From Candidatus Aenigmatarchaeota archaeon (GTDB lineage: Archaea > Aenigmatarchaeota > Aenigmatarchaeia > QMZP01 > QMZT01): DNA of 64,000 nt. Positions 38,658 through 47,985 of the stretch are shown piece after piece. Both the position numbers and the translations under genes were made by a program. The stretch is from assembly GCA_026397315.1 (NCBI GenBank), contig JAPLVC010000001.1, forward strand, positions 1-64,000, given 5' to 3'. Under the pieces are notes generated by a model. That model was given only the letters and a program-made list of their open reading frames with translations. It did no database searches and had not been told where the DNA came from. Positions within the stretch are counted from its first letter, which is position 1, and each line of letters begins with the position of its first letter.

Positions 38658-40250
38658 TTATTTTTCTTCCTTTTTTTCGTGGTGTTTTTCCTGCGGCTTG
38701 TCCTGCGGTTTCGCTTCCATCTCCGGCCTCATGAACGGGAACAGAATCACGTCGCGGATCGAGACCGAGTCTGTGAGCAGCATGGTCAGGCGGTCAATCC
38801 CGACTCCAAGACCCGACGTGGGCGGCATCCCGTATTCGAGCGCCTCGATGAAGTCCTCGTCCATGCGCTGGCTCTCGTCGTCGCCGCGCTTGAACTCTTT
38901 TTCGGCCTCCTGCCAGTACTCTCGAAGGCGGTTTGGGTCGTTCTCCTCGCAGTATGAAAGCCCCATTTCCCAGCCATTTATTATTATCTCGAATGCCTCG
39001 TTGAGCCTCGGGTCGTCCTTATTTATTTTCGCAAGTCCCGCCGCCTCGAACGGATAATCGTGAACCAGCGTGGGCTGGATGAGCTTCGGCTGGGCCAGCT
39101 CCTCGAACGTCGCTAACACTATCTGGCCCCACGTCTCGCATTTCTCCAGCTTGACTGCATCGACTCCAGCTTTGTGCGCCGCCTTTTTCGCTTCGCTAAA
39201 ATCGAGACTGTCGTAGTCGACGTGCGCGTGCTCCTTTATCGCGTCGAGCAAACGCACGCGCCTCCACGGCGTTTTCATGTCGAGCTCAGTGCCCTGGTAA
39301 TTCATCTTCGCGTGACCATGAACTTTCTTGGCGATGAAGCTGAACATCTCCTCGGCGAAAGTCATGTTGTCCTTGTAGTCGGCGTAGGCCCACATGGTCT
39401 CGACCTGCGTGAACTCGGGATTGTGCAGCTTGTCTATCCCTTCGTTGCGGAAGTCGCGCGAGAACTCGAATATCTTCTCGTAACCGCCCACGATGAGCCG
39501 CTTGAGATAGAGTTCATTAGAGATTCGCATGTAGACTTTCATGTCGAGCGCGTGCAGCTTCGACTCGAAAGGCCTTGCGGCCGCGCCGCCGTATATCGGC
39601 TGGAGTATCGGCGTTTCGACTTCGGTAAATCCTCGTTCAGTCATGAAGTCGCGGATGGCCTGCATGATTTTTGAGCGGTTGTCAAACGTCTTGCGCACGT
39701 CCGGGTTCAGTATTAGGTCGACGTATCGTTTTCGATAGCGCAACTCCTTGTCCTTGAGGCCGTACCAGTCCTTTGGAAGGGGGAGCAGTGATTTTGTCAG
39801 CAGTTCAAAGTCGTCCACGTGCACGCTCAGCTCTCCTCGTTGTGTGCGCAGCACGCTTCCATGCGCGCCGACAATGTCGTTGGTATTTATCATCGCATCG
39901 AAGAACGCGAACTTCTCGGGTCCCACACCTTTCTCGTCTATGAAAAGCTGTATTTTGCCAGTCCCGTCCTGCAAATCGGCGAATATGAGCTTGCCGTGCT
40001 TTCTTATCGACTTGAGGCGGCCGGCTATCGACGTTTTCGCTCCATGAAGATGCTCGCCGTTCTTGAGCTCTTTCGCTTTTTCTGCGATCGCTTCTATCAT
40101 GTGCGTCTTCTCGAAGCGCCTCTTGTATGGATCATTCGCTTTTCGCAGCTCTGCCAGCTTCGCTTTCCTCTCCTCGATTTCAGAAGCGGAAGCATCCTGC
40201 CCAGGCTGATCTGGGATTTTATGCTGGGAACTTTCATCTTTACTACTCAT
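38658..40250 (-). CDS. lysS: Lysine--tRNA ligase, class II
   Basis: OB fold, GGAAARPF, FRNEG..HNPEF, YGMPPTSGLGVGIDRL, IRDVILFP. Confidence 0.95.
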   Translation of the reverse strand: MSSKDESSQHKIPDQPGQDASASEIEERKAKLAELRKANDPYKRRFEKTHMIEAIAEKAKELKNGEHLHGAKTSIAGRLKSIRKHGKLIFADLQDGTGKIQLFIDEKGVGPEKFAFFDAMINTNDIVGAHGSVLRTQRGELSVHVDDFELLTKSLLPLPKDWYGLKDKELRYRKRYVDLILNPDVRKTFDNRSKIMQAIRDFMTERGFTEVETPILQPIYGGAAARPFESKLHALDMKVYMRISNELYLKRLIVGGYEKIFEFSRDFRNEGIDKLHNPEFTQVETMWAYADYKDNMTFAEEMFSFIAKKVHGHAKMNYQGTELDMKTPWRRVRLLDAIKEHAHVDYDSLDFSEAKKAAHKAGVDAVKLEKCETWGQIVLATFEELAQPKLIQPTLVHDYPFEAAGLAKINKDDPRLNEAFEIIINGWEMGLSYCEENDPNRLREYWQEAEKEFKRGDDESQRMDEDFIEALEYGMPPTSGLGVGIDRLTMLLTDSVSIRDVILFPFMRPEMEAKPQDKPQEKHHEKKEEK

Positions 40251-40839
40251 ATTCCACCCATGCTTTTTCGAAATACGTCTCCATCTGGCGCGCCAGCGCC
40301 TCGGAGTATATTATGACGTTGGCCTCGCGGTTCGCTTCGAATGAATAATGTTCCAGATGCGACGAGCCTATTATAACAATTTTCGAGTCTATTATTATAA
40401 AGTTAGCGCCGGATGTTGTGTTGGTCGAATCGTATCGTATGCTCATGTTCCTCGCGTCTATCGTCACCAGGACGTCCCTGGACGTGGCCTTTCTCGAAGT
40501 TATTATCTTAACATCAACGCCTCTTCCGAGCGCGCCTTCCATGCTTTCGACGACGCGGTTGACGCTGCTCTTCGGGTAGGAAAAGTAGAATCTCATGTCG
40601 TACATCATCATGCGAACGCTGGTATTGGCCGAGTTTATCAGGCCCGTCACCGCCGGGAAATAATCCCTGTCAGTGACCAGACGGACCTGGTTCCCGCCGA
40701 TGTCAAAAGGGCCGTGCGATGACAGCGTGAAAGCGAAATACGCGTAAGTCAGAAGCGAGCCGAGCAGCGCAGCGGCCGCCAGCCATATACAAAAAGCCCT
40801 GAAATCGATTTTCCCGCAAGGCATATGCTTCGCGCACAT
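40243..40839 (-). CDS. Membrane-anchored phospholipase D/Nuc-like protein with a degenerate HKD motif
   Basis: RGVDVKII, SGANFIIIDSKIVIIGSSH, NREANV. Confidence 0.75.
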   Translation of the reverse strand: MCAKHMPCGKIDFRAFCIWLAAAALLGSLLTYAYFAFTLSSHGPFDIGGNQVRLVTDRDYFPAVTGLINSANTSVRMMMYDMRFYFSYPKSSVNRVVESMEGALGRGVDVKIITSRKATSRDVLVTIDARNMSIRYDSTNTTSGANFIIIDSKIVIIGSSHLEHYSFEANREANVIIYSEALARQMETYFEKAWVEYE

Positions 40840-40895
40840 AGCTATACTATATAAGTTAATTATAATAATAAATAGAAATAGAGGCAGCCATAATT

Positions 40896-43800
40896 TTGGT
40901 GGGTATGATGCGTAATTTGAGAAATCTATTGTTCGCTTCAGCGTTAGTTTTGTTTGTTTTTTTGTTTTCGTTATACCAGGGCTCTGCTGTGAACAGCAGT
41001 CTCGGCAATTTCACGGTAACGCCGGACACACTGTATGTCAACTGGACCAGCGGCGTGATAAACATAACATCCATAGCCGCTAACGATACTTTCTACCACA
41101 TTCAGAACACGACAGAAGCGCTCTCATCCCAATACTTCAGCAGCAGCATATATCCGCAAAATTCTTACACTGGATATAATGGAACTAACACTTCCTATTG
41201 TTTTACCAGCGGTGCCAGCGGCATGAAATTCTATGTCCAGAACGCCAGCTCAGGCGCTTACACAAATTTAACCGACTTTATTAACATCAGCATTCCGACT
41301 CTTTATAATATAATTGCATATCAGTTCTGTCCGCCGGGCCTTTACAACGGCACGTTCAATGTCACAAGAAACAGCACGTTTATCGATTACGCAATCATCA
41401 ATGCCTCAATAATAATACCCGTCAGCACGTCGAACACTTTTTCCGAGGCCAGCAGTTACGGCTTCGTGAGAGGCACGGTGACGACCGGCTCCAACCTCAT
41501 TCATAAATTCTACTTCAACACGAGTATCGCGCAGAACCTGACCGGCGTGTTCATCAATCTGACCGACACGACCGACCAGACTGAAGACATAGACGCTTAC
41601 CTTTTCGATTCTTCCGGAACGCTTCTTGTGCGCTCCGCCGAGAACGGCACGACCATGGATAATATTTACAGGGAACTGCCATCTACGAGCGACATGTGGC
41701 AGCTGTGGGTGCTCGGCAACGTCTCGTCTTCGCATAGCTATCATGTCAACATATCTTTCTCGACGCTGAACGCCACCAACGCTAACGACGGGCTCCAGCA
41801 AATCACGTCGCTGGATTTCGGCGAGTTCACACCAGTGAACAACCAGTCATCTCAGATAAACGTGACGCTCAGGAACATCGACACGACTGAATGGAGCAGC
41901 GTGATGCAGAGGAGCGAGATTTACCGCACCGAGACATGGACCATGAAAAACACGACCGGCGACTATTACTTCATCGTTCCGTCATTCGCAACCAAGGTCA
42001 AAATCAAAATAGAATGGAAAGGCCAGACGCGCTGGACAGTCGCGCTTAACAAGACCGACACTTTTGTGGGCAACAGCTCAAGGAAATACCAGACGGGCAA
42101 CCTGACCAGCACGACTCAGGAGGAAAACGTCATTTACACTGGTGCAATAAGCGAGAGCAACGACGGCCTGTGGAAAATAAGCGTCGGTAACATATCTGCC
42201 ATAGGCGACGACAAATACAACGTGACTGCGCAGGTCTGGTATAACTCATCATACTGGCTCAGTTCCGACTACCCTGCTTCGGGGTTCAATTTCAACTCGT
42301 CACTTGGCTTGGACAACTCGACCAAGAACGTTTCATTGAGGATCACGCTTCCGCCGGCAAACATAAACAATGGCAACTACAGCGGTTTCGTGGAATACTA
42401 CAGAGACGGCAGTTGGGCCAAGAGAATCCCGCTGTCATTCTCTGTCAGAGCCGGAACACTTATAATCAACAACACGCTGAGCACCGTGACCGAAACAAGG
42501 CACGACAACATCGGCTTCAACAGAGCAGGGGACGGCGCGCTTTGGGTGAACCTCACGCTCAACAACACGGGCGGCTCGGACATATACTTTGTTAACACCA
42601 CGTCGAACTACACGCTCTTGAACTCTGGCTACAACATAAGTTTCGACGTGCAGTGGCCTTCCAGTCCGATAGCCGCAGGCACACAGAAGACCATGAACAT
42701 AAGCATAACCATAAACACAAACAACACACAAAACACACAGGGCCTTTATTACGGCGAGATAATCCTGAACACTACCAATTCGACAAATTCATCTTCAGTC
42801 TCGTACCCGTTCAACGTATACTATGTGTACCTTTACGTCAACCTCACGGATGTCGTGATTGTTAACGTCACTGACGTGAGCCCGACTTTCATCGCGCTGC
42901 CGAACATCAGCAATAACATGACGTTCAATGTGACGGCGATGCTGGCAAACGGAAGCGTAATCTCACAGATGGATTTGATAAACGAAAACCATTTCACAAA
43001 CATAAGACTCATTGAAGGTAACTTATCGGCAAACAACATCACAACGCTCGGTAGTTACGGCAAATCGAACATAAGTGCTCCGTGGGATAAAGTTTGCCCG
43101 ACATCCGGAGGGTATACATATTGCAGAATAAATGCAACTCAGCCAAACGGGGCGCCGCCGGGCGGAACTTACTATGGTTATGTCACCGTCAATTTCAACA
43201 CATTACAACTCGGCGGAACCGGAGAACGCAACATAAGCGGCACAGGAAGGACTGCCGTGCCCGTGACAATAAACGACTCCGGCCTCAAGTTGCATCCAGA
43301 CATATTCAACGACGACAACGGGTTCTACGAAAACAAAATCGCTTATTTCTCGGCAAACATTTCAAATTACGGCCCGCTGGGCGTGACCAACGCATTCGTG
43401 ATTTTCAAGAAGAGTTCATCTACTGATTGCACAAATGCCATATACAGTGTCATAAGAACTAATGCCACATGCAGCGTCGGGACAGTGGTTGCAGGATCGG
43501 GCAACGATATATGGAACGTGACACTTCCCGGATTCATGATCGGTGCCACAAACTGCACGCTGAGATGGAGAGTGACTGCCAATGCAGTCAACGCCAATAC
43601 TGACTGCAATATGATATTGGGCATAGCCAACAATTATTCAAATTTCGGCAACTACACGCAACTCTACATAACAGTGCTGGACAATACGACGACAACGACC
43701 GATGAGGATGAAGGCGGGGGCGGCCAGACGACGACTTGTTCGTCCAACATAACATGCGGCGACACGCAATACTGCAAGAGCGGAACATGCACGAATCTCG

Positions 43801-44825
43801 TGTGCCAGTCCGGGTACGTCGCGTCAGCCCACAAGTGCGTGCAGAAAGCCGGCAAGCTCGAGGTGACCGATTACACTTCAAAGGTTTACGTGGTGCAGGG
43901 AGCGACGAACGCGACCAAAGTCACGGTCAAGAACACGGGCGGATATTTGTACACGACGAAGATGACCGCGACGTCACCCATAAGCGAACTCACTGCGACC
44001 GTCACACCAGCCAGTTATTCATTAGGCATCAGCAACTCGGGCATATTCACCGTGACTTTCACCACTACCGAAGCGACCGAAGTGGGCTATCATACCGTGA
44101 CGGTGAAGGCTTACGCCTCGGAGAACGGGAGCGTTTACGTCACCAAGGACATAATAGTCGGGGTCCAGCCCGCGGAGGGAGGAAAGACCGTGATAAACAC
44201 GACCCGCGACGATTTGAAAGCGTTGTTCGCGTCGGTGACGACGCTGTTCAACCAGCTGCCGCCAAGCGCGGAACAGAATTACACGCTGGCGAACAGGACC
44301 TACACGCGCATCCTCAACATGTTCCAGGAAGTGGAGAGCAACATACAGGCGGGCAATTATCTCGAAGCGAACAGCCTTCTCACGGAGCTTAACGCTTCCA
44401 TCGCGGAGTTCAGGAGCCAGGTGAGCGGTGTAGGAGCCGCCGGCATAGGCTCGCTTTTCGGCGGCGACATGAGCGGCACGCTCATGCTGGTCGCGATACT
44501 CGTGGTGATAGTCGTCATAGGCGCGTTCCTGGCGTACCTGCTCATGCCATCGAAGAAAGGGTATCATCCGGTCCTTGGCTACCTGCCGAAAGAGAAGACT
44601 TCGATAATGGGCAAGATAACGCACGCCTTCTCGAAGCTGAAGTTCGGCGGCAGGCAGAAGAGCCTCGGCGATTTCGGGGCAAGATCCGCCGCTCCGTCGG
44701 TTCAGCCCACGCCCGTCCAGCAGGCCAGACCGGACAACAAAACGTATGCGGATGGTTACCACAGGCTCGACCAGTTCGGCCTGACCTACGACAAGACGAA
44801 ATTCAAGGACAGGGAAAAGAAGTAG
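40896..44825 (+). CDS. Large surface glycoprotein (1309 aa) with a C-terminal TM anchor
   Basis: Signal peptide, very many N-x-S/T sequons, Ig/CARDB-like segments, a Cys module, helical stalk and TM helix. Confidence 0.8.
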   Translation: MVGMMRNLRNLLFASALVLFVFLFSLYQGSAVNSSLGNFTVTPDTLYVNWTSGVINITSIAANDTFYHIQNTTEALSSQYFSSSIYPQNSYTGYNGTNTSYCFTSGASGMKFYVQNASSGAYTNLTDFINISIPTLYNIIAYQFCPPGLYNGTFNVTRNSTFIDYAIINASIIIPVSTSNTFSEASSYGFVRGTVTTGSNLIHKFYFNTSIAQNLTGVFINLTDTTDQTEDIDAYLFDSSGTLLVRSAENGTTMDNIYRELPSTSDMWQLWVLGNVSSSHSYHVNISFSTLNATNANDGLQQITSLDFGEFTPVNNQSSQINVTLRNIDTTEWSSVMQRSEIYRTETWTMKNTTGDYYFIVPSFATKVKIKIEWKGQTRWTVALNKTDTFVGNSSRKYQTGNLTSTTQEENVIYTGAISESNDGLWKISVGNISAIGDDKYNVTAQVWYNSSYWLSSDYPASGFNFNSSLGLDNSTKNVSLRITLPPANINNGNYSGFVEYYRDGSWAKRIPLSFSVRAGTLIINNTLSTVTETRHDNIGFNRAGDGALWVNLTLNNTGGSDIYFVNTTSNYTLLNSGYNISFDVQWPSSPIAAGTQKTMNISITINTNNTQNTQGLYYGEIILNTTNSTNSSSVSYPFNVYYVYLYVNLTDVVIVNVTDVSPTFIALPNISNNMTFNVTAMLANGSVISQMDLINENHFTNIRLIEGNLSANNITTLGSYGKSNISAPWDKVCPTSGGYTYCRINATQPNGAPPGGTYYGYVTVNFNTLQLGGTGERNISGTGRTAVPVTINDSGLKLHPDIFNDDNGFYENKIAYFSANISNYGPLGVTNAFVIFKKSSSTDCTNAIYSVIRTNATCSVGTVVAGSGNDIWNVTLPGFMIGATNCTLRWRVTANAVNANTDCNMILGIANNYSNFGNYTQLYITVLDNTTTTTDEDEGGGGQTTTCSSNITCGDTQYCKSGTCTNLVCQSGYVASAHKCVQKAGKLEVTDYTSKVYVVQGATNATKVTVKNTGGYLYTTKMTATSPISELTATVTPASYSLGISNSGIFTVTFTTTEATEVGYHTVTVKAYASENGSVYVTKDIIVGVQPAEGGKTVINTTRDDLKALFASVTTLFNQLPPSAEQNYTLANRTYTRILNMFQEVESNIQAGNYLEANSLLTELNASIAEFRSQVSGVGAAGIGSLFGGDMSGTLMLVAILVVIVVIGAFLAYLLMPSKKGYHPVLGYLPKEKTSIMGKITHAFSKLKFGGRQKSLGDFGARSAAPSVQPTPVQQARPDNKTYADGYHRLDQFGLTYDKTKFKDREKK

Positions 44826-44895
44826 CGCTTCCGTGCTTTTTATTTTTAACGCCATAATACCATAATAGTTTCATATATCAGCGGAAGGTGTTGAC

Positions 44896-45711
44896 GTGCT
44901 CAGGGTAATCGGAGTATCTTTGTTTTTCATCGCGCTGTTCACTCTCACTGGCTTTGTAATCGGCGCGGCCGGCGTCTTCTTCGGCTTGTGGAGCATGCGG
45001 ATTCTGACCATCGTCTCCATGATATTCGCCATGGTTTCGATTCTGCTCATAGCCGCGGCATATCATTACGCTCCTTCCGTCATACTGAAAAAATACAAGG
45101 CAAAAACAAGTGATAAAAAAGAGATTAACGCGATAGTGGACAAGATGGCCATAAACGCCAAGATCCCGACGCCGAAAGTCTGCGTCCTTCCAATCGACGT
45201 GCCGAATTCGTTCATCGTGGGCAGAAACAGGAATGACACAACCATATGCGTCACGGAAGGCGTGCTGAGCATGAACAAGGGCGAAATAGAGAACATAGTC
45301 GCCCACGAGATGTGGCACGTATACAACGGCGACTACAAGATACAGCAGTTCGTCTCGGTCGTCGCGGCCGTGCTGAGGAAGACGGGCATTTTCATACCGC
45401 TCGCCATGCTGACCGTGAGGCTCGGCCTTTCGGAGCGCGTGGAATACAGGGCGGATTATTACGCCACGAGGTTCTCCGGCAAGCCGCGCGACCTTGCGTC
45501 GGCGCTGAACAAGATGAGCGAGACGGCGAGGCAGAATCCCATGCACGGCTCTCCCACTTACGAGAGCATATGGATAGTCAATCCATTCAAGCGCGAAGGC
45601 CATCGGCGATGGTACTACACTCATCCTCCCACTGTCAGGAGGGCCAAGAGAGTCGAAGAGATGACGCACGAGGGCATGTCTGAGATACCCGAGGCGACGG
45701 AGGTGGACTAA
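44896..45711 (+). CDS. HtpX-like M48 metalloprotease
   Basis: PNSF, VTEG, AHEMWH, EYRAD, THPP. Confidence 0.85.
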   Translation: MLRVIGVSLFFIALFTLTGFVIGAAGVFFGLWSMRILTIVSMIFAMVSILLIAAAYHYAPSVILKKYKAKTSDKKEINAIVDKMAINAKIPTPKVCVLPIDVPNSFIVGRNRNDTTICVTEGVLSMNKGEIENIVAHEMWHVYNGDYKIQQFVSVVAAVLRKTGIFIPLAMLTVRLGLSERVEYRADYYATRFSGKPRDLASALNKMSETARQNPMHGSPTYESIWIVNPFKREGHRRWYYTHPPTVRRAKRVEEMTHEGMSEIPEATEVD

Positions 45712-45959
45712 TGGCAAAGAAAATCACGGACAGCATAGACAAGGAGCTGAAGCTGCTGCATACAAGGATTGAATCAGGCGGCTCCGGCATGGACGCCTTA
45801 TGCGCTACGCTGGAGAAAGTCATGCGCGACCTTAAAGTCTACGACCAGAGGCGCCACCACCACGAGCAGATGGAAGACGATTTGAACAGGCGCTTTGAAG
45901 CGCTGGTCCTCTCGCTCGAGAAGATAACGAAAACTCTCAGGGAAAACGGCATGCTCTGA
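45711..45959 (+). CDS. Small helical hypothetical protein
   Basis: Start overlaps the stop of the M48 gene. Codon style resembles core genes. Confidence 0.65.
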   Translation: MAKKITDSIDKELKLLHTRIESGGSGMDALCATLEKVMRDLKVYDQRRHHHEQMEDDLNRRFEALVLSLEKITKTLRENGML

Positions 45960-45971
45960 GCGACTAAAGAA

Positions 45972-46460
45972 TTAAGACGGTTTCTGTTCCTTTTTCTTCT
46001 TTACAGGGGCGGCTGCAGGCTTCTGTGCCGGCTTTACTTCAGGCTTTACAAACGTCTCGTATTCCTTCTTGAAGACCACGAGCCTGTTGTCAAGCTCCTT
46101 CCTTTCCTTGTTGTACATGTTCTTGTCTATGAGGTTGTCCTTGGAGACGATCTTCAGCGCGCCCATGTCCCTGTATATCTTCATCATGTCGGCCTTCACG
46201 TCTTTGGACGTGCGCGGGTGGGGCTTGGCTACTCCAGGCTTTACGCCTGCATCTATCTCCTTCTTGAGCTCCATGAACCTGAAAAGCATGATGGCAATCG
46301 TTATGAGAATCGCTATGAAGACACCGGTCAGGATGGTCTTTTCGAGTATGACCGTCACGCTTGGCGCGTTGAGGACTGACACTATGTAATATATGGAGAT
46401 TATCACGCCCAGAAGGAATATCGTCACGACGGTGTATTCGTTGTCTTTCATCGCGCACAT
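45972..46460 (-). CDS. Hypothetical two-TM membrane protein
   Basis: Two hydrophobic helices and a Lys-rich tail. Start moved to avoid overlap. Confidence 0.7.
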   Translation of the reverse strand: MCAMKDNEYTVVTIFLLGVIISIYYIVSVLNAPSVTVILEKTILTGVFIAILITIAIMLFRFMELKKEIDAGVKPGVAKPHPRTSKDVKADMMKIYRDMGALKIVSKDNLIDKNMYNKERKELDNRLVVFKKEYETFVKPEVKPAQKPAAAPVKKKKEQKPS

Positions 46461-46507
46461 AATATATTTTTTACGCAGCTTGCTTATTAAGTTGGAATCG
46501 AGACGGC

Positions 46508-47059
46508 TTACGGCACCAGCTTTCTGTTCTCGGACGCGCGTTTCACGAGCTCTGCTATTCGTCTCCGCCGGGTCTCCGGCCTCCTGGAGCTTATTACCCA
46601 CCATAAGAAGTGCTTCCTGTGGCTCGGGGGGAAATTGCGGAAATTCTCCCAGGCCTTCTTGTCCGCCTTTAGCGCTTTCTCAACGTCGTTTGGCATTCCC
46701 ACCAAAGACGGGACTCTCGTTTTCTCGTGGCAGGCGAATTTCTCCAGTCCCGCAGGCGTCATTTTGCCGAGCTTTATCATCTTCTTCACACGGTTTATGT
46801 TGCTCTCGGCCCACACGCTGCGCTTCCTCCGCGGGCAGAAGCGCTGCATGAACCTCTCAGTATCGAGTCTCTTGATCTGTCCGTCTATCCAGCCGAAGCA
46901 TAGGGCTTCCTCGACCGCGTCATCGTAAGGGATTCTGGCCTTTCCCGTGCCCTTCTTGTAATAAATCAGCCATACCTCCTTCCTTCGCGCATGGTTCGCC
47001 TCCAGCCACTTCCTCCACGCGCGCCTGTCGCTGGCGTAGAACGTGCCTTTCGTCTCCAT
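46508..47059 (-). CDS. YdeI/OmpD-associated family protein
   Basis: WRKWLEANH, AVEEALCFGWIDG, RPETRRRR. Confidence 0.88.
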   Translation of the reverse strand: METKGTFYASDRRAWRKWLEANHARRKEVWLIYYKKGTGKARIPYDDAVEEALCFGWIDGQIKRLDTERFMQRFCPRRKRSVWAESNINRVKKMIKLGKMTPAGLEKFACHEKTRVPSLVGMPNDVEKALKADKKAWENFRNFPPSHRKHFLWWVISSRRPETRRRRIAELVKRASENRKLVP

Positions 47060-47198
47060 ATGAATCCTATGCCTCCGCGAATAATATTGACGTGGCAGGG
47101 CTTCGCCCGCGCACGCTTACCTCGCTTGCCTGGCCTGAAAAGCTTTATATATATATAATATAGTATAAGGATACAAAACCCAATACGGAGGGATAAAT

Positions 47199-47432
47199 AT
47201 GGCAAACGTAACATTCGAAACTGTGAAAGCAGAGGAAATAAAATTCGGTAGGAACAACTTCCTGGAAGTTGCCCGCAAAAAGGCGACCACAGAACAGGGA
47301 GAGAACGAGTTCATAGCAATTTCTCGTGGATTCTTCCTTCCAGACGGAACGAAGAAGTTCAAGAGATCCATTGCAATACCGGACGAGCAGGAAATAAAGG
47401 ACTTCATAGCCAAGAACATAGCGGAGTTCTAA
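47199..47432 (+). CDS. Small protein, possibly PC4/PUR-like nucleic-acid binding
   Basis: Strong TATA and GGAGG SD upstream. Beta-rich with a C-terminal helix. The fold is inferred. Confidence 0.7.
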   Translation: MANVTFETVKAEEIKFGRNNFLEVARKKATTEQGENEFIAISRGFFLPDGTKKFKRSIAIPDEQEIKDFIAKNIAEF

Positions 47433-47547
47433 TCGGGAGCTCGTGCGATTAAAAACGCAAAACAAACTGTTTATTTTTAATTTTTCTTTCTTATCATCTA
47501 GCGACTTAGACCCGAGTCTGGGGCTTTAAAATAAAATACGAAGAGAA

Positions 47548-47892
47548 TCAGCCTATGTAGCCTTCTTCCTTGCCCGAGATTATCTCAGTGTCGGCTTTCA
47601 CTACCTTTTTCTGAATCTTGGGCAGCTTTATCACGCCGTGCTTCTTCTCGTAACCATCGACGGATTTCTTGAGCGTCTCAAGGAATATCTTTGCGAATTT
47701 TATGTCGAGGATTATGACGTTGTGCTTCACGGCGATGGTCTGCTGCTGCTTGTCCTGTATCTGGTCGATCCTCGGCGTGCTCTGCTTGAAGTCAAGTATG
47801 AATTTCGATGGATTGTAGATTATGCTTATGGAATCCGAGTAGAAACCCGCATCCCTGTGGTCTATCTGGACGTTAATGCTTTTCTCTTCCAT
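47548..47892 (-). CDS. DUF3467 family protein
   Basis: FYSD..KFILDFKQ..IILD..AK. GGAGGTG SD before MEEKS. Confidence 0.75.
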   Translation of the reverse strand: MEEKSINVQIDHRDAGFYSDSISIIYNPSKFILDFKQSTPRIDQIQDKQQQTIAVKHNVIILDIKFAKIFLETLKKSVDGYEKKHGVIKLPKIQKKVVKADTEIISGKEEGYIG

Positions 47893-47985
47893 AATGACAC
47901 CTCCGGTCGTGCTCACATGAGAATGCAAACATGCGACAATTGTCTGATTATTGGCGCGCTTCTTAATAACTTTTCGTGACCAGCG

